A stretch of DNA of 64,000 nt from an uncultured Eubacteriales bacterium (GCA_942492885.1 OW818651.1:962959-1026958), one strand, 5' to 3'. Counted from the first letter of the stretch, positions 26,512 through 35,908 are shown. The notes: generated from the sequence alone by a model not told the origin. Numbers and translations: made by a program.

Positions 26512-27738
26512 TTACACGATCTGAAACAAATAAAACTTCAAATAGTCCGTTTCCGGCACGTGCATCAGCGTCGGATGATCGGGCGATTGTCTGCGCGCCT
26601 CGATGAGCTTGAGCGCAACGCCCGCGTCCCGCGCAGCGGAGAGCAGCATCCTCTCGAACAATTCACTCGGCATAAAGTGCGAACACGAGCAGGTCGCGAG
26701 GTACCCGCCGCGCGGCAGCAGCTTCATGGCGTTGTAGTTGATCGTCCGATATCCGCGCTCCGCGCCCGCAATGGTCTTGCGGCTCTTGGTGAACGCCGGC
26801 GGGTCGAGGATGATCATATCGTATGTGTCATGTTTATCCAACAGCTGCGGCAGCAGGTCAAACACATCTGCGCAGACGAAATCCATCTTGCCGGTCAACC
26901 CGTTTTTCTCCGCGTTCGCGCGGGCGAGCTCCACCGCCGCAGCGGAAACATCCACCGCCGTGACGTGCGCAGCGCCTGCCTTTGCCGCGTTGAGTGCAAA
27001 AGAACCCGTGTGCGTGAAGCAATCGAGCACGCGCTTTCCGCGCGCGATCTTCGCCGCTGCGAGGCGGTTGTATTTCTGGTCGAGGAAGTAGCCCGTCTTT
27101 TGCCCGTTCTCTACATCCACATCATAGCGGATGCCGTTTTCGACAATCTCGATGCGCGGGCTTGGCGGTTCGGGTAAGAACGCGGCGTGATACCAACCCT
27201 TCTCCAGCTTGAGACCTTCCAGCTCGCGGATGCCGACTTCGTTTCGCTCGAAGATACCTTTTATCTCGATCCCGTCGTCTCTAAGCAGCGTGACCAGCAG
27301 GCGGTAGAGCATGTCCTTGATCCGCTCAATGCCCACGGAGAGCACCTGGCTCACCAGCACGTCGTGATAACAATCGATGGTCAGCCCCGGCAGTCCGTCC
27401 GCCTCGCCGAAGATCATGCGGCAGCAGCCGTAGTCCTCGCCCATCGCGGTCTTGCGGTAATCCAGCGCATAGCGAATCCTGCGCGAAAAAAACGCCTCGT
27501 CAAACTTTTCATTTGCGTTGCTGGAGAGCAGGCGCAGGCGGATTTTACTTTGTTTGCTCAGAAATCCAGTGCCAAGATAAGCGCCTTTTTCGGAAAAACC
27601 ATCGACCAGCGTGCCGTTTTCCAGTTGGTCCGTGTTGCCCGAAACCTCCGTATCGTATACCCAAGGGTGCCCTGCCTTGACGGTTACTTCCGCCCGTTTG
27701 GATATCGTTAGCCGCGCAAAGGCGCGTTCCTGCTTCAT
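26512..27738 (-). CDS. class I SAM-dependent rRNA methyltransferase (RlmI/YwbD-like, PUA + MTase)
   Basis: ORF 26512..27831. Has AGHPWVYDTEV (PUA-like N-terminus) and VLDCFTHTGSFALNAA (SAM motif I). Start placed at ATG 27738; the upstream in-frame ATGs cannot be excluded. Confidence 0.82.
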   Translation of the reverse strand: MKQERAFARLTISKRAEVTVKAGHPWVYDTEVSGNTDQLENGTLVDGFSEKGAYLGTGFLSKQSKIRLRLLSSNANEKFDEAFFSRRIRYALDYRKTAMGEDYGCCRMIFGEADGLPGLTIDCYHDVLVSQVLSVGIERIKDMLYRLLVTLLRDDGIEIKGIFERNEVGIRELEGLKLEKGWYHAAFLPEPPSPRIEIVENGIRYDVDVENGQKTGYFLDQKYNRLAAAKIARGKRVLDCFTHTGSFALNAAKAGAAHVTAVDVSAAAVELARANAEKNGLTGKMDFVCADVFDLLPQLLDKHDTYDMIILDPPAFTKSRKTIAGAERGYRTINYNAMKLLPRGGYLATCSCSHFMPSELFERMLLSAARDAGVALKLIEARRQSPDHPTLMHVPETDYLKFYLFQIV

Positions 27739-28154
27739 CTGTGTTGTCCTCGTTTCGTCGGCTTTGGATGCGTATTTCGTCGTGTACGATGAGTCCGGCA
27801 TCATGGTAACACGGGGAATGGTGTTTGTCAAAGCATGGCGCGCAATTCTCTTTTCGTGCGCCGATTTCTCCCGAATTCGCCGGAATTCGCGCGAATTACG
27901 GGCTGTTAGACCGTTGCAGCCGCGCTGAGGCCACTATTGCTAAATTTTACGTGATTTGTTTCATTCTTTTTCATTTTTAAGCTTTCCCAATCGTTTGAAT
28001 GGGACTATAATAGTAACGAACTCAAGGAAAGGAGTGTGATTGGACGGTGGATACCGTTCCCGAACGAAGTAAATACAATCGAATATCAGAAGCGCGCGTT
28101 CGGGAAGCTTCGCTTTCTTGCCGCGCGCGGTAAAGCGAAAGGAGTAACACTGCC

Positions 28155-29096
28155 ATGAAGAAGATCTTCAAAACCTTCGAGGCGGAAATGCGGCAGCTCA
28201 GTGTGCCCGAAAAGGACTGCTGGATCTCTCTCATCAAGCCGACGGAGAAGGAACTCGCCGAGGTGGCCGAACAGTACGCCATCGAGCCGGATGACCTTCG
28301 GGCCGCGCTGGACGAAGAAGAACGCTCCCGCATCGAACTGGAAGACAACTACACACTCATCCTCGTAGACATCCCCGCCGTGGAAAAAAACAAAGGCAAG
28401 GATATCTACACCACCGAACCGCTCGGCATCATCCTCGCCAAAGACGCGATCATTACCGTCTGCCTCGAGGAGACGCCCGTGCTCTATGCCCTCAAGCAAA
28501 AGCACGCAAACGAGCTCCGCACCTATATGCGCACACGCTTTGTTTTGCAGATTTTGTATCGCAACGCGTCTCTGTATCTGCAATATCTGCGCGTCATCAA
28601 CAAGCTCAGCGACAAGATCGAGCAAAAGCTGCACGGCTCTACAGAGAACCGCGAGCTCATCGAGCTGCTGGAGCTGGAAAAGAGCCTCGTTTACTTCACG
28701 ACCTCCCTGCGTTCCAACGAGGTCGTGCTCGAAAAGCTCCTCAAGAGCGACAGAGTCAAAAAGTACCCCGAGGATGAAGACCTGCTTGAGGACGTCATCG
28801 TCGAAAACCGGCAGGCCATCGAGATGTCGAATATCTACAGCGGAATCCTGAGCGGCATGATGGACGCGTTTGCCTCCGTCATCTCCAACAACCTCAACAT
28901 CGTCATGAAATTCCTCGCGGTGATGACGATTGTGCTTTCGGTTCCGTCGATTATTTTCGCAGCCTACGGCATGAACGTGGTTCCCGCAGGCATGCCATTC
29001 GCGGGTAGCCCATTTGGGTTTCTGATCATCGTGTTGATATCGTTTGCGGTATCTATCGGTGTTGCGGTTTACTTCTTTAAAAAGAAGATGTTCTGA
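28155..29096 (+). CDS. corA: CorA family magnesium/cobalt transporter
   Basis: ORF 28155..29096 after aaaggag. Has the YGMN signature (AAYGMNV) ahead of the last TM helix. Confidence 0.92.
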   Translation: MKKIFKTFEAEMRQLSVPEKDCWISLIKPTEKELAEVAEQYAIEPDDLRAALDEEERSRIELEDNYTLILVDIPAVEKNKGKDIYTTEPLGIILAKDAIITVCLEETPVLYALKQKHANELRTYMRTRFVLQILYRNASLYLQYLRVINKLSDKIEQKLHGSTENRELIELLELEKSLVYFTTSLRSNEVVLEKLLKSDRVKKYPEDEDLLEDVIVENRQAIEMSNIYSGILSGMMDAFASVISNNLNIVMKFLAVMTIVLSVPSIIFAAYGMNVVPAGMPFAGSPFGFLIIVLISFAVSIGVAVYFFKKKMF

Positions 29097-29154
29097 TTGT
29101 TGATTGTCCGGTGGTGATCCGCCGAAAAAGAGAGAAAAAATGAATACGTAAAAA

Positions 29155-29186
29155 TACCTACGGTATGAATTCCCGTAGGTTTTTTA
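29155..29186 (+). terminator. intrinsic terminator after corA
   Basis: cctacgg-tatgaattc-ccgtagg followed by tttttt. Confidence 0.7.
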
Positions 29187-29280
29187 CTTTTTGGAGTTCT
29201 GATATTCTCTAAGAAATATGCTTAGAATAGGTTTTTTACTTTTTGGAGTTCTGCTATTCTCAAAGGAATTTGCTTAGAAT
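29177..29280. repeat. 52-bp tandem duplication (2 units)
   Basis: Unit 29177..29228 (aggttttttactttttggagttctgatattctctaagaaatatgcttagaat) versus unit 29229..29280 (aggttttttactttttggagttctgctattctcaaaggaatttgcttagaat). Confidence 0.85.
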
Positions 29281-30692
29281 TGGAAATAGATAAACGCGGT
29301 GTCCCCGGCGTAGAAGAACATCATCGTCAGCAGGAGCGTCAGTAAAATCAAAACCTTCGGCCAGAACTTGTTCAAATTCTGAATCGGATAATACCCGTGA
29401 CCATGATTTTTCACCACGCCGATGACAGACGCAGCCGCAATGACCACCGCAAAGACAAACGTAAATACATAATAATATTGCACACCTGCAGCACCCGTTG
29501 TGATTCTGGTGAGAATCGTGATCGCGTCTGCAAAGGACTGCGCGCGGAAAAACACCCAACACACGCAGGTAAACAGGTACATGCCGAGAACGGACAGTCC
29601 GGTGACCACTCCTTTTAACACACGGTTGGTCACGTGCAGATTGTGGCTATCGCTCTGCTCGCGAAATGTCTTGTGCACCACCAGCGCGCCACCGTGCAGC
29701 GCACCCCAGAACACCATCTGCCAGTTTGCGCCGTGCCAGAGGCCGCCAAGGAGCATCGTGACCATCAGGTTGATCTTCGTACGAAGTTTGCCTTTTCTGT
29801 TGCCGCCCAGCGAAATATAGAGATAGTCCCGCAGCCAAGTCGAAAGGCTAATGTGCCAGCGCTTCCAGAACTCAGTCGGATTTTTCGAAACATACGGCAT
29901 GTCGAAATTCTTGCACAGATCGTACCCGAACGTCTTTGCAATACCGATCGCCATATCCGAATAGCCCGAAAAATCGCAGTAGATTTGAATCGAATACGCG
30001 ACTACCGCGAGCGCGAGCGACAGCCCGCTGTAGCTTCCGGGTGTGGCAAACACCGCGTCCACGCAGACCGCCAGCCGATCCGCGATGACGATCTTCTTGA
30101 TCAACCCAAACAGGAATATCTGCAAGCCATCGACCAAATTGTCCCACGTCATCGGCCGGTCTTCGTCAAGCTGCGGCAAAAAATCGCTGGCGCGGACGAT
30201 CGGGCCTGCCACAAGCTGCGGGAAAAACGCAATATACATCGACAGATTGACAAATCGGTCGCACGCCTTGAGCTTGCCCCGATACACGTCAATCAAATAA
30301 CTCAGCGCCTGAAATGTGTAAAACGAGATCCCGACCGGCAGGATGATGTTCAGCGCGCCGAGACTTTGTATGCCAAACAACTGCGCAAACGAGCCGATGA
30401 AAAAGTTGAAATACTTAAAGAAGCCTAGAATGCCAAGCGAGATCGAAACACCCAGAAGCATAAAGCGTTTGCCCTGCTGCTGTGTCTCTGCGCGCTCAAT
30501 CTTTTTTGCAAGAAAGTAGCTGATATAGGTTTGGAGGATCAGCAACAGCAGAAACCGCGCATCCCAATACGCATAGAAGATATAACTCGCGATCAGTAAC
30601 ACAAAATGCTTTTGATCCTTGGTCTGAACCAGCCTGCAAATCACGTAGGAGAAGACAAAGAGCAGCACGAATGCCAAAGAAACGAATGACAT
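29274..30692 (-). CDS. MBOAT family O-acyltransferase (AlgI/DltB-like)
   Basis: ORF 29274..30692. Multi-TM, with the conserved His region GGLWHGANW and FWKRWHISLSTWLRDYLY. Confidence 0.9.
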   Translation of the reverse strand: MSFVSLAFVLLFVFSYVICRLVQTKDQKHFVLLIASYIFYAYWDARFLLLLILQTYISYFLAKKIERAETQQQGKRFMLLGVSISLGILGFFKYFNFFIGSFAQLFGIQSLGALNIILPVGISFYTFQALSYLIDVYRGKLKACDRFVNLSMYIAFFPQLVAGPIVRASDFLPQLDEDRPMTWDNLVDGLQIFLFGLIKKIVIADRLAVCVDAVFATPGSYSGLSLALAVVAYSIQIYCDFSGYSDMAIGIAKTFGYDLCKNFDMPYVSKNPTEFWKRWHISLSTWLRDYLYISLGGNRKGKLRTKINLMVTMLLGGLWHGANWQMVFWGALHGGALVVHKTFREQSDSHNLHVTNRVLKGVVTGLSVLGMYLFTCVCWVFFRAQSFADAITILTRITTGAAGVQYYYVFTFVFAVVIAAASVIGVVKNHGHGYYPIQNLNKFWPKVLILLTLLLTMMFFYAGDTAFIYFQF

Positions 30693-31810
30693 CAGTTATT
30701 CTCCTTATCTTGAATTTTCATCCACGCTTGATAGAATTCCTCTGCGACGATCCGGTGACCCGTTGTGTTCAGGTGCCCGCTTGGCATCGTGGTGTTGTGA
30801 AATCCATATGGCAGGGAGTAGTCCGCCGTATAGGCCCGGAGGAAGGCGTCTCCCGCATCCAGAAACACGATGCCGTTGTCCTCGCAAGCCCGTTTAAATT
30901 CGTCATAGTATCGCATATCGCGATCGATCCGCAGCGTTCCGTCCGCAAGTACGGACACGCCCGAATGATACAAAATCAGAATGGGTTTGCCAAACTCTGC
31001 GTGCAGCAGCTCCATCACCTGATTGATCCGCTCAAAGTACGCAGTTTCACCCGTCTGAGCCGCTGACGCGCTCTCTACGGAGTCCTGATCGGCGGTCTGG
31101 TCTGTTGCGGCATTCGCACGGTACTGCTCCAGAAATGCCGCGATGCCGAACGCATCCTGCAAGCTCAAACTCACCGAGTCCATCTGCTGTCGCAGCTGCG
31201 AGATCACGGGTAGCACACCGAGGATGCCGTTGCGCAGTCTCCGCGTGAAACCGAGCGACTGCTCCAGCGCCTGCCCCGAACTTGCGGGATCAAAAACCGC
31301 CTGATCCATTGCGCTGTCGAAATCCGCCTCCGAGAAGTCCAGCTGAGAAATCTCGATCATGATCGCTTCTGCGTTCGGAAACTCCTCAATCGCCGCCTGA
31401 TAACCCTCTACAATCAGTGGAAATGTCTGCCCCGCTGTGCCGATGTTATATACCGTTCTGGTTTTTGGATCAATCTTTCGATTGAGTACACCGGCTATCG
31501 TGTCCCGCTGCATCACCTGCAAGCCTTCGGCGTGCGAAGACCCCATCAGCAAGATATAGTGCTGTGAAAGCGGCTGGCTGCTGTCGTTGAGGTAGCCGTT
31601 TTCGTCAACCGCGTTTATGCCGTATCCCTCCGCCCCGCGCACGATGGTACTGTTGGGTGTGCGGATGCTGCCGGAGTACGCGTTTTCGCGCTGAATGGAG
31701 CCTGCTCCGCTTCGATAAAAAAAGGAAATAAGGTTGGCGCAAAGCAACGCAACGGTAAACGCAAGGCACCAAGACATGATTGTTTTAAATGTCTTCTTTG
31801 TCAAAAACAT
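30692..31810 (-). CDS. membrane-anchored SGNH/DltD/AlgJ-like partner of the MBOAT protein
   Basis: ORF 30692..31810; its stop overlaps the MBOAT start by 1 nt (TGATG). It has an N-terminal TM anchor, LLMGSSHAEG (a GDS-like serine block) and a C-terminal GHLNTTGH. Confidence 0.7.
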   Translation of the reverse strand: MFLTKKTFKTIMSWCLAFTVALLCANLISFFYRSGAGSIQRENAYSGSIRTPNSTIVRGAEGYGINAVDENGYLNDSSQPLSQHYILLMGSSHAEGLQVMQRDTIAGVLNRKIDPKTRTVYNIGTAGQTFPLIVEGYQAAIEEFPNAEAIMIEISQLDFSEADFDSAMDQAVFDPASSGQALEQSLGFTRRLRNGILGVLPVISQLRQQMDSVSLSLQDAFGIAAFLEQYRANAATDQTADQDSVESASAAQTGETAYFERINQVMELLHAEFGKPILILYHSGVSVLADGTLRIDRDMRYYDEFKRACEDNGIVFLDAGDAFLRAYTADYSLPYGFHNTTMPSGHLNTTGHRIVAEEFYQAWMKIQDKENN

Positions 31811-31983
31811 GGCCTCCTATCTTGGTGATCCGAGGTGCGGCTCGTCCGAAAACAAACTTCCCGTGCCGTTTCTCAACTCTTGCCGCAACATATTTGATCT
31901 TCACATAAACAGTCTTTTCTGATTGTAGTTGTGATTGGTTTCTGCGTCAATACTTGCGTTTGTGAGTCATGATTGCGAAATAG

Positions 31984-32016
31984 AAAAAACCGGTGCGGAT
32001 TGGCTCCACACCGGTC
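31984..32016 (-). terminator. intrinsic terminator of the PAS-GGDEF gene
   Basis: Minus strand reads accggtg-tggagccaatccg-caccggt followed by tttttt. Confidence 0.7.
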
Positions 32017-32055
32017 TTGAAACACATCGGGTTTTGAAGAATCTCCTTTAAAAAC

Positions 32056-32955
32056 TTAAAGCACCGTCACACGGTTTCTTCCTTCGTCCTTGCTGTTGTA
32101 GAGCGCCTTGTCCGCGCGCTGAATCAGCGTACCGGCGTTATCCGTCTGCACAATCATTGTGGCACCGATGGATACCGTCACCCGCAGGCAATCATCATTG
32201 TGTGTCAGACCGGCTTGTGCAACGATCTTGCAGAGTTTTTCCGCGATCAACTGTAGCTCCGCCTGCGTCACCCCGCGCAAAATCGCGACAAACTCTTCTC
32301 CGCCCCAACGACCCACAAAATCATTTTTTCGTATTGCGCTCTGAACTGTTCCCGCAACCATCTTGAGCACCAAGTCTCCGACGTCGTGCCCATATGTGTC
32401 GTTGACTCCCTTAAAAAAATCCAGGTCGAGCATCATGATGCCAAACGGAATACCGAGCGTCTGAAAGTCGCGAATCTGATTGTCAAGAAACGTATCGATG
32501 TATCGACGGTTTGGCAGCTGTGTGAGCTGGTCATACAACGCTAGTCGTTCCATCGCCTTCAGCCCCGCTTCCGAAAGGTCGCTCAGCTCCGCGCTGGAAA
32601 ACAATTCTGTCGCGCCTACGATCTCATCTTTGATATACATCGGCCGAATCTTAACATCCACCCGAACACGTTGCCCGTTCTTGTGATGCAGAAAGACCTG
32701 CGCACTACGCACCAGTCCGTCTTTCAGCGTTTCGTGAAGCGGACAGCCATCAAAACAAAGCTGCTTGCCATACTGGTCAACATGACTGAGCAGATTATCG
32801 TAGCAATACCGTCCTAGCATCTCGCTAGCGGAAAATCCTGTGATTCGTTCCGCCCCCTGATTCCAGAATGTAATCCCCCTGTCCTTGTCTACAAAATAGA
32901 CGCCTTCATAGAGATCGTTCAACAGGTCTTCGTAACTAGATAGTTCGGTATCCAT
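32056..32955 (-). CDS. PAS-GGDEF diguanylate cyclase
   Basis: ORF 32056..32955. PAS block (GVYFVDKDRGITFWNQGAERITGF), RKND I-site and GGEEF active site (RWGGEEFVAIL). Confidence 0.9.
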   Translation of the reverse strand: MDTELSSYEDLLNDLYEGVYFVDKDRGITFWNQGAERITGFSASEMLGRYCYDNLLSHVDQYGKQLCFDGCPLHETLKDGLVRSAQVFLHHKNGQRVRVDVKIRPMYIKDEIVGATELFSSAELSDLSEAGLKAMERLALYDQLTQLPNRRYIDTFLDNQIRDFQTLGIPFGIMMLDLDFFKGVNDTYGHDVGDLVLKMVAGTVQSAIRKNDFVGRWGGEEFVAILRGVTQAELQLIAEKLCKIVAQAGLTHNDDCLRVTVSIGATMIVQTDNAGTLIQRADKALYNSKDEGRNRVTVL

Positions 32956-33243
32956 TTTTTTGCCAACTTTCGCAACATATTCGAATCCTTGTGTTTATTA
33001 TAGCGAAACCGAGAACGAATGTCATCAAAGAAATGCACGTTCCGGCACATTTGTTTCATTGTAATTGTTTTCTCTGCCGTTGGCAATCTTCGCTGCAGCG
33101 CCTGCTTTGCTCTGCGTGATCAAACTGTTCTTTCGATAGACTTCTTCCTCTTACATATAAAAGCAACGCCCGGCTTACAACCAGGCGCTGCTTTGTTCAA
33201 ACGATAGTCTGTGTGTTTGATCGGTATCCTACCAACTCACGGA

Positions 33244-34389
33244 TCACGGCGACACGGAGGTCGTTGGCGTCGGTGTCGGCGTGGGTGTCGGCGTCGGCGT
33301 TGGGGTCGGTGTCGGCGTCGGGGTCACCGTCGGAGCCGCTGTCGGCACTACCGTCGGGCTGGCAGACGGCGTTGCTGTCGGCGTGGGCGTCGGCGTTGCG
33401 GAGATGATCGTGATATATATTGCAAACACATAGCCGGTCTTGCCCGTGCTGTTCACCGTCACCTGATACCAGTCGCCGGATTTGGCGAGCACGGTAACCG
33501 CCGTATCCTTCGCGAGTTTACCATAGCTGGAATACGTCGTCGCCGGACCGGAGCGGAAATTGACGCTGGCTGCGTTGAGTTTCCCCTGCTGGCTGCCCGC
33601 GGGTGTCGTCGTTGGCAGCGGTGTCGGCGTGGTTGGGCCGGGTGTTGCCGTCGGGGATGTGCTGGTCACCTTGACAAAGGTTGCGAACACATAGCCCGTC
33701 TTGTTGAGAGCAATCGCGGTTACCTTGTACCAGTCCCCGCTCTTCTCGAGTATGGTCACTTTGTCCAGCTTCTGCAGCTTATCGAGCTTACTGTAGTTCG
33801 TGCCCGGGCCGGAGCGCAGGTTGACGTTGTCTGAGGTGAGTTCCCCGGCGGTTGCCGTTGAGCTGCTGACTTTGTCCACCTTGGAGACAATCTTGACATA
33901 GGTTGGGGAAATATATCCTTCGGCACCCGTCCCGTGAACTTTCACCTTATACCAGCCGGTTTTCGTATCCGCCGAGTAGATCGTGAGTCCGGTGTTTGCG
34001 GCAACAACCGCAAGGCTTTCGCTCTTGCTTGACGCTTCCTTGCGCAGGTTGACCCTGCCGGAGGTGCTGCCAAGCGCATATGCGCTCAGGCTCGTGCCGT
34101 TGACGGTGATATATTTTCCGCTCACATAGCCGCTCTTCCCGGTGGAAGGCACGTCGATACGCAGCCATGTTCCGCTGACTTCATAAATATTGACCGCTGT
34201 GCTCTTTGCGAGCGTATCCACAATTGCGTTGCCCGTGCCCGCGCCTTTGCGCAGGTTGAGCTTTGTGGTGTTGACGACTCCGCTGGCCAGCACGGTCTCC
34301 GCGTGCGCCCGCTGCATCGGCAGTGTGCCAATCAAGAGTGCGACGCAAAACAGCCCCGCCAGTAATCGAATCCAAGTTTTGTTCCGCAT
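33244..34389 (-). CDS. secreted protein with five SH3b repeats and a Pro/Thr-rich tail
   Basis: ORF 33244..34389. Signal peptide (LLAGLFCVALLIGTLPMQRAHA), repeated units of the form LNLRKGAGT...W..V...G..GYV, and a C-terminal (PT)n. Confidence 0.85.
   Translation of the reverse strand: MRNKTWIRLLAGLFCVALLIGTLPMQRAHAETVLASGVVNTTKLNLRKGAGTGNAIVDTLAKSTAVNIYEVSGTWLRIDVPSTGKSGYVSGKYITVNGTSLSAYALGSTSGRVNLRKEASSKSESLAVVAANTGLTIYSADTKTGWYKVKVHGTGAEGYISPTYVKIVSKVDKVSSSTATAGELTSDNVNLRSGPGTNYSKLDKLQKLDKVTILEKSGDWYKVTAIALNKTGYVFATFVKVTSTSPTATPGPTTPTPLPTTTPAGSQQGKLNAASVNFRSGPATTYSSYGKLAKDTAVTVLAKSGDWYQVTVNSTGKTGYVFAIYITIISATPTPTPTATPSASPTVVPTAAPTVTPTPTPTPTPTPTPTPTPTPTTSVSP
33247..33400. repeat. low-complexity coding repeat (Pro-Thr dipeptide run)
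   Basis: cggtgtcggcgtgggtgtcggcgtcggcgttggggtcggtgtcggcgtcgg on the plus strand encodes TPTPTPTPTPTPTPTPTPTP. Confidence 0.8.
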
Positions 34390-34449
34390 TGTTGTTTCCC
34401 TCCCCGCGGCTTGTCCGCGTTAGCGTACTAGTCGTACTAATACACTTGC

Positions 34450-34478
34450 ATCATACGCCACCGGCATACCATTGTCAA
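34450..34478 (-). promoter_or_regulatory. sigma-70-type promoter of the SH3b gene
   Basis: Minus strand reads TTGACA, 17 nt spacer, TATGAT, about 60 nt upstream of the start codon. Confidence 0.45.
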
Positions 34479-34772
34479 TGCGCAGTCAACCGGATTCACA
34501 TTCGCTTCACAAATAACACTTTCTTCAAGAGCGTTTGGTTGCACTGCTATGTAAAATCACAGTGTCATCATACCCGATTTGCAGACAACTGCGGAAATAC
34601 AATTGCCGCATTACAAATTTCCTCTTTGAACATTGACATCGCGTAAAAATACGATTATATCTAGAGTGTGGCATGTCTTCTGCGATTCGCAGGGTTGGGG
34701 TTGCCTCCTGCGCGTCCCATGCAAAGAAAGAGTTGCACAATACCTAAATACGAAAACGCAAGGAGGGCTATC

Positions 34773-35345
34773 ATGATCATCAACATCATCGCAATCGTTT
34801 TTGGACTCATCGCTTGTTTCTATGGCTATAAAGTGTTCCGCATCTGGCTTGCTCTTGCAGGTCTCATCCTCGGCGCCGCGCTGGGGTACTATCTAGGCGG
34901 ACTCATCGGCGCGCAAGTGTGGCCGATCATCGGCGCAATCGTCGTTGGCCTCGTGGTCTGTCTGCTGTCGTATTTCATCTATCGCGTCGGCGCAATTCTG
35001 ATTGGCGCGCTGCTCGGTGGTGCGTTTACCTCCGTGATCCTCTCCGCCGTCGGTGTGACGGCATTGCCGTGGATGATCCTCGTGGGCGCGGTTGTCGTCG
35101 CAATCATCGCAGGCATCTTCCTCAAGCAGTTCATCATCCTCGGAAGTTCATTTCAGGGTTCCTACCTGATCGTCGCTGGCGCTTACGCGCTAATCAGCGG
35201 CGTGAGCTATGCCGGATTTAGCGACGCGCTGCAAGCCGTCGAGCTTCCTTGGTATCTCTACGCGATTATCGTGGTGCTTGGCATCGTCGGCATAATCGTA
35301 CAAAACCAGAGCGACAAGAAAGCGCCCGTGGCAACACAAGCGTAA
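34773..35345 (+). CDS. polytopic membrane protein (DUF4203/TMEM198-like)
   Basis: ORF 34668..35345; start set at ATG 34773 after aaggaggg. Consists entirely of Gly/Ala/Ile-rich TM helices. Confidence 0.72.
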   Translation: MIINIIAIVFGLIACFYGYKVFRIWLALAGLILGAALGYYLGGLIGAQVWPIIGAIVVGLVVCLLSYFIYRVGAILIGALLGGAFTSVILSAVGVTALPWMILVGAVVVAIIAGIFLKQFIILGSSFQGSYLIVAGAYALISGVSYAGFSDALQAVELPWYLYAIIVVLGIVGIIVQNQSDKKAPVATQA

Positions 35346-35383
35346 GGATCAACGCGCTTTGCGCATCTCCACCTAAGTCTGCA

Positions 35384-35417
35384 GAAAACCGCATGTGCAA
35401 GCATGCGGTTTTCTTTG
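35384..35417 (+). terminator. intrinsic terminator
   Basis: gaaaaccgcatg-tgcaag-catgcggttttc followed by tttg. Confidence 0.7.
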
Positions 35418-35492
35418 CAGTGTTTTGATCATATTCTCTTGGCTTACCGCTCGATAGTCGCGCTTGGTCTACGCCGCATCGTAATTCTTCTG

Positions 35493-35521
35493 TTTACACA
35501 TCGTATTTTTCACATTATAAT
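35493..35521 (+). promoter_or_regulatory. sigma-70-type promoter of the XRE/ImmA pair
   Basis: TTTACA, 17 nt spacer, TATAAT, ending 9 nt before the annotated GTG. Confidence 0.5.
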
Positions 35522-35530
35522 GAAAGCGAG

Positions 35531-35863
35531 GTGATTGTTTTGACCCTGACTGAAAAACTGAACGTATTGCTCGAGGAGCACAATCTCAACAAATCCCAGC
35601 TCTCCGCGCAATCGGGACTTCCGTATACCACCATTGTGAGCCTGTATGAAAAAGGCGCGGAAAACGCGAAGCGTTCCACGCTGCTTACGCTTGCGCGGTT
35701 TTTCAACGTATCCCTCGACTATCTGGCCGACGACGAGATAGAGGAGCGCGGCACGCGCATCTACGCCTCCGCCGGACATTTTGATGTGAGCAAATTGACG
35801 CCGGAAGGGCGCGAACGATATGAGGAATATATCGAATTTTTAGCGGACAAGTTCACAAAATAA
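35531..35863 (+). CDS. XRE family HTH transcriptional regulator
   Basis: ORF 35531..35863 with the HTH block LNKSQLSAQSGLPYTTIVSLYEKG. The start is GTG 35531 or TTG 35540; the transcript is nearly leaderless relative to the predicted promoter. Confidence 0.85.
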   Translation: MIVLTLTEKLNVLLEEHNLNKSQLSAQSGLPYTTIVSLYEKGAENAKRSTLLTLARFFNVSLDYLADDEIEERGTRIYASAGHFDVSKLTPEGRERYEEYIEFLADKFTK

Positions 35864-35908
35864 ACGCAACACACATCGCAACAGCCAAACGAAAGGAGCA
35901 CAACGGGA

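Noticed and set aside
27990-28154. M-box (ykoK) magnesium riboswitch in front of corA
   Set aside because: The leader is too short (~135 nt) and I could not find the conserved M-box core segments. It is kept only as an unclassified leader.
29634-30428. 264-aa plus-strand ORF inside the MBOAT gene
   Set aside because: It is antisense to a clear multi-TM MBOAT protein. It is hydrophilic and Arg-rich with no motifs.
33211-33834. 207-aa Arg/Cys-rich plus-strand ORF
   Set aside because: It is antisense to the SH3b/PT-repeat gene. Its RRCRRG repeats are simply the complement of the Pro-Thr coding repeat.
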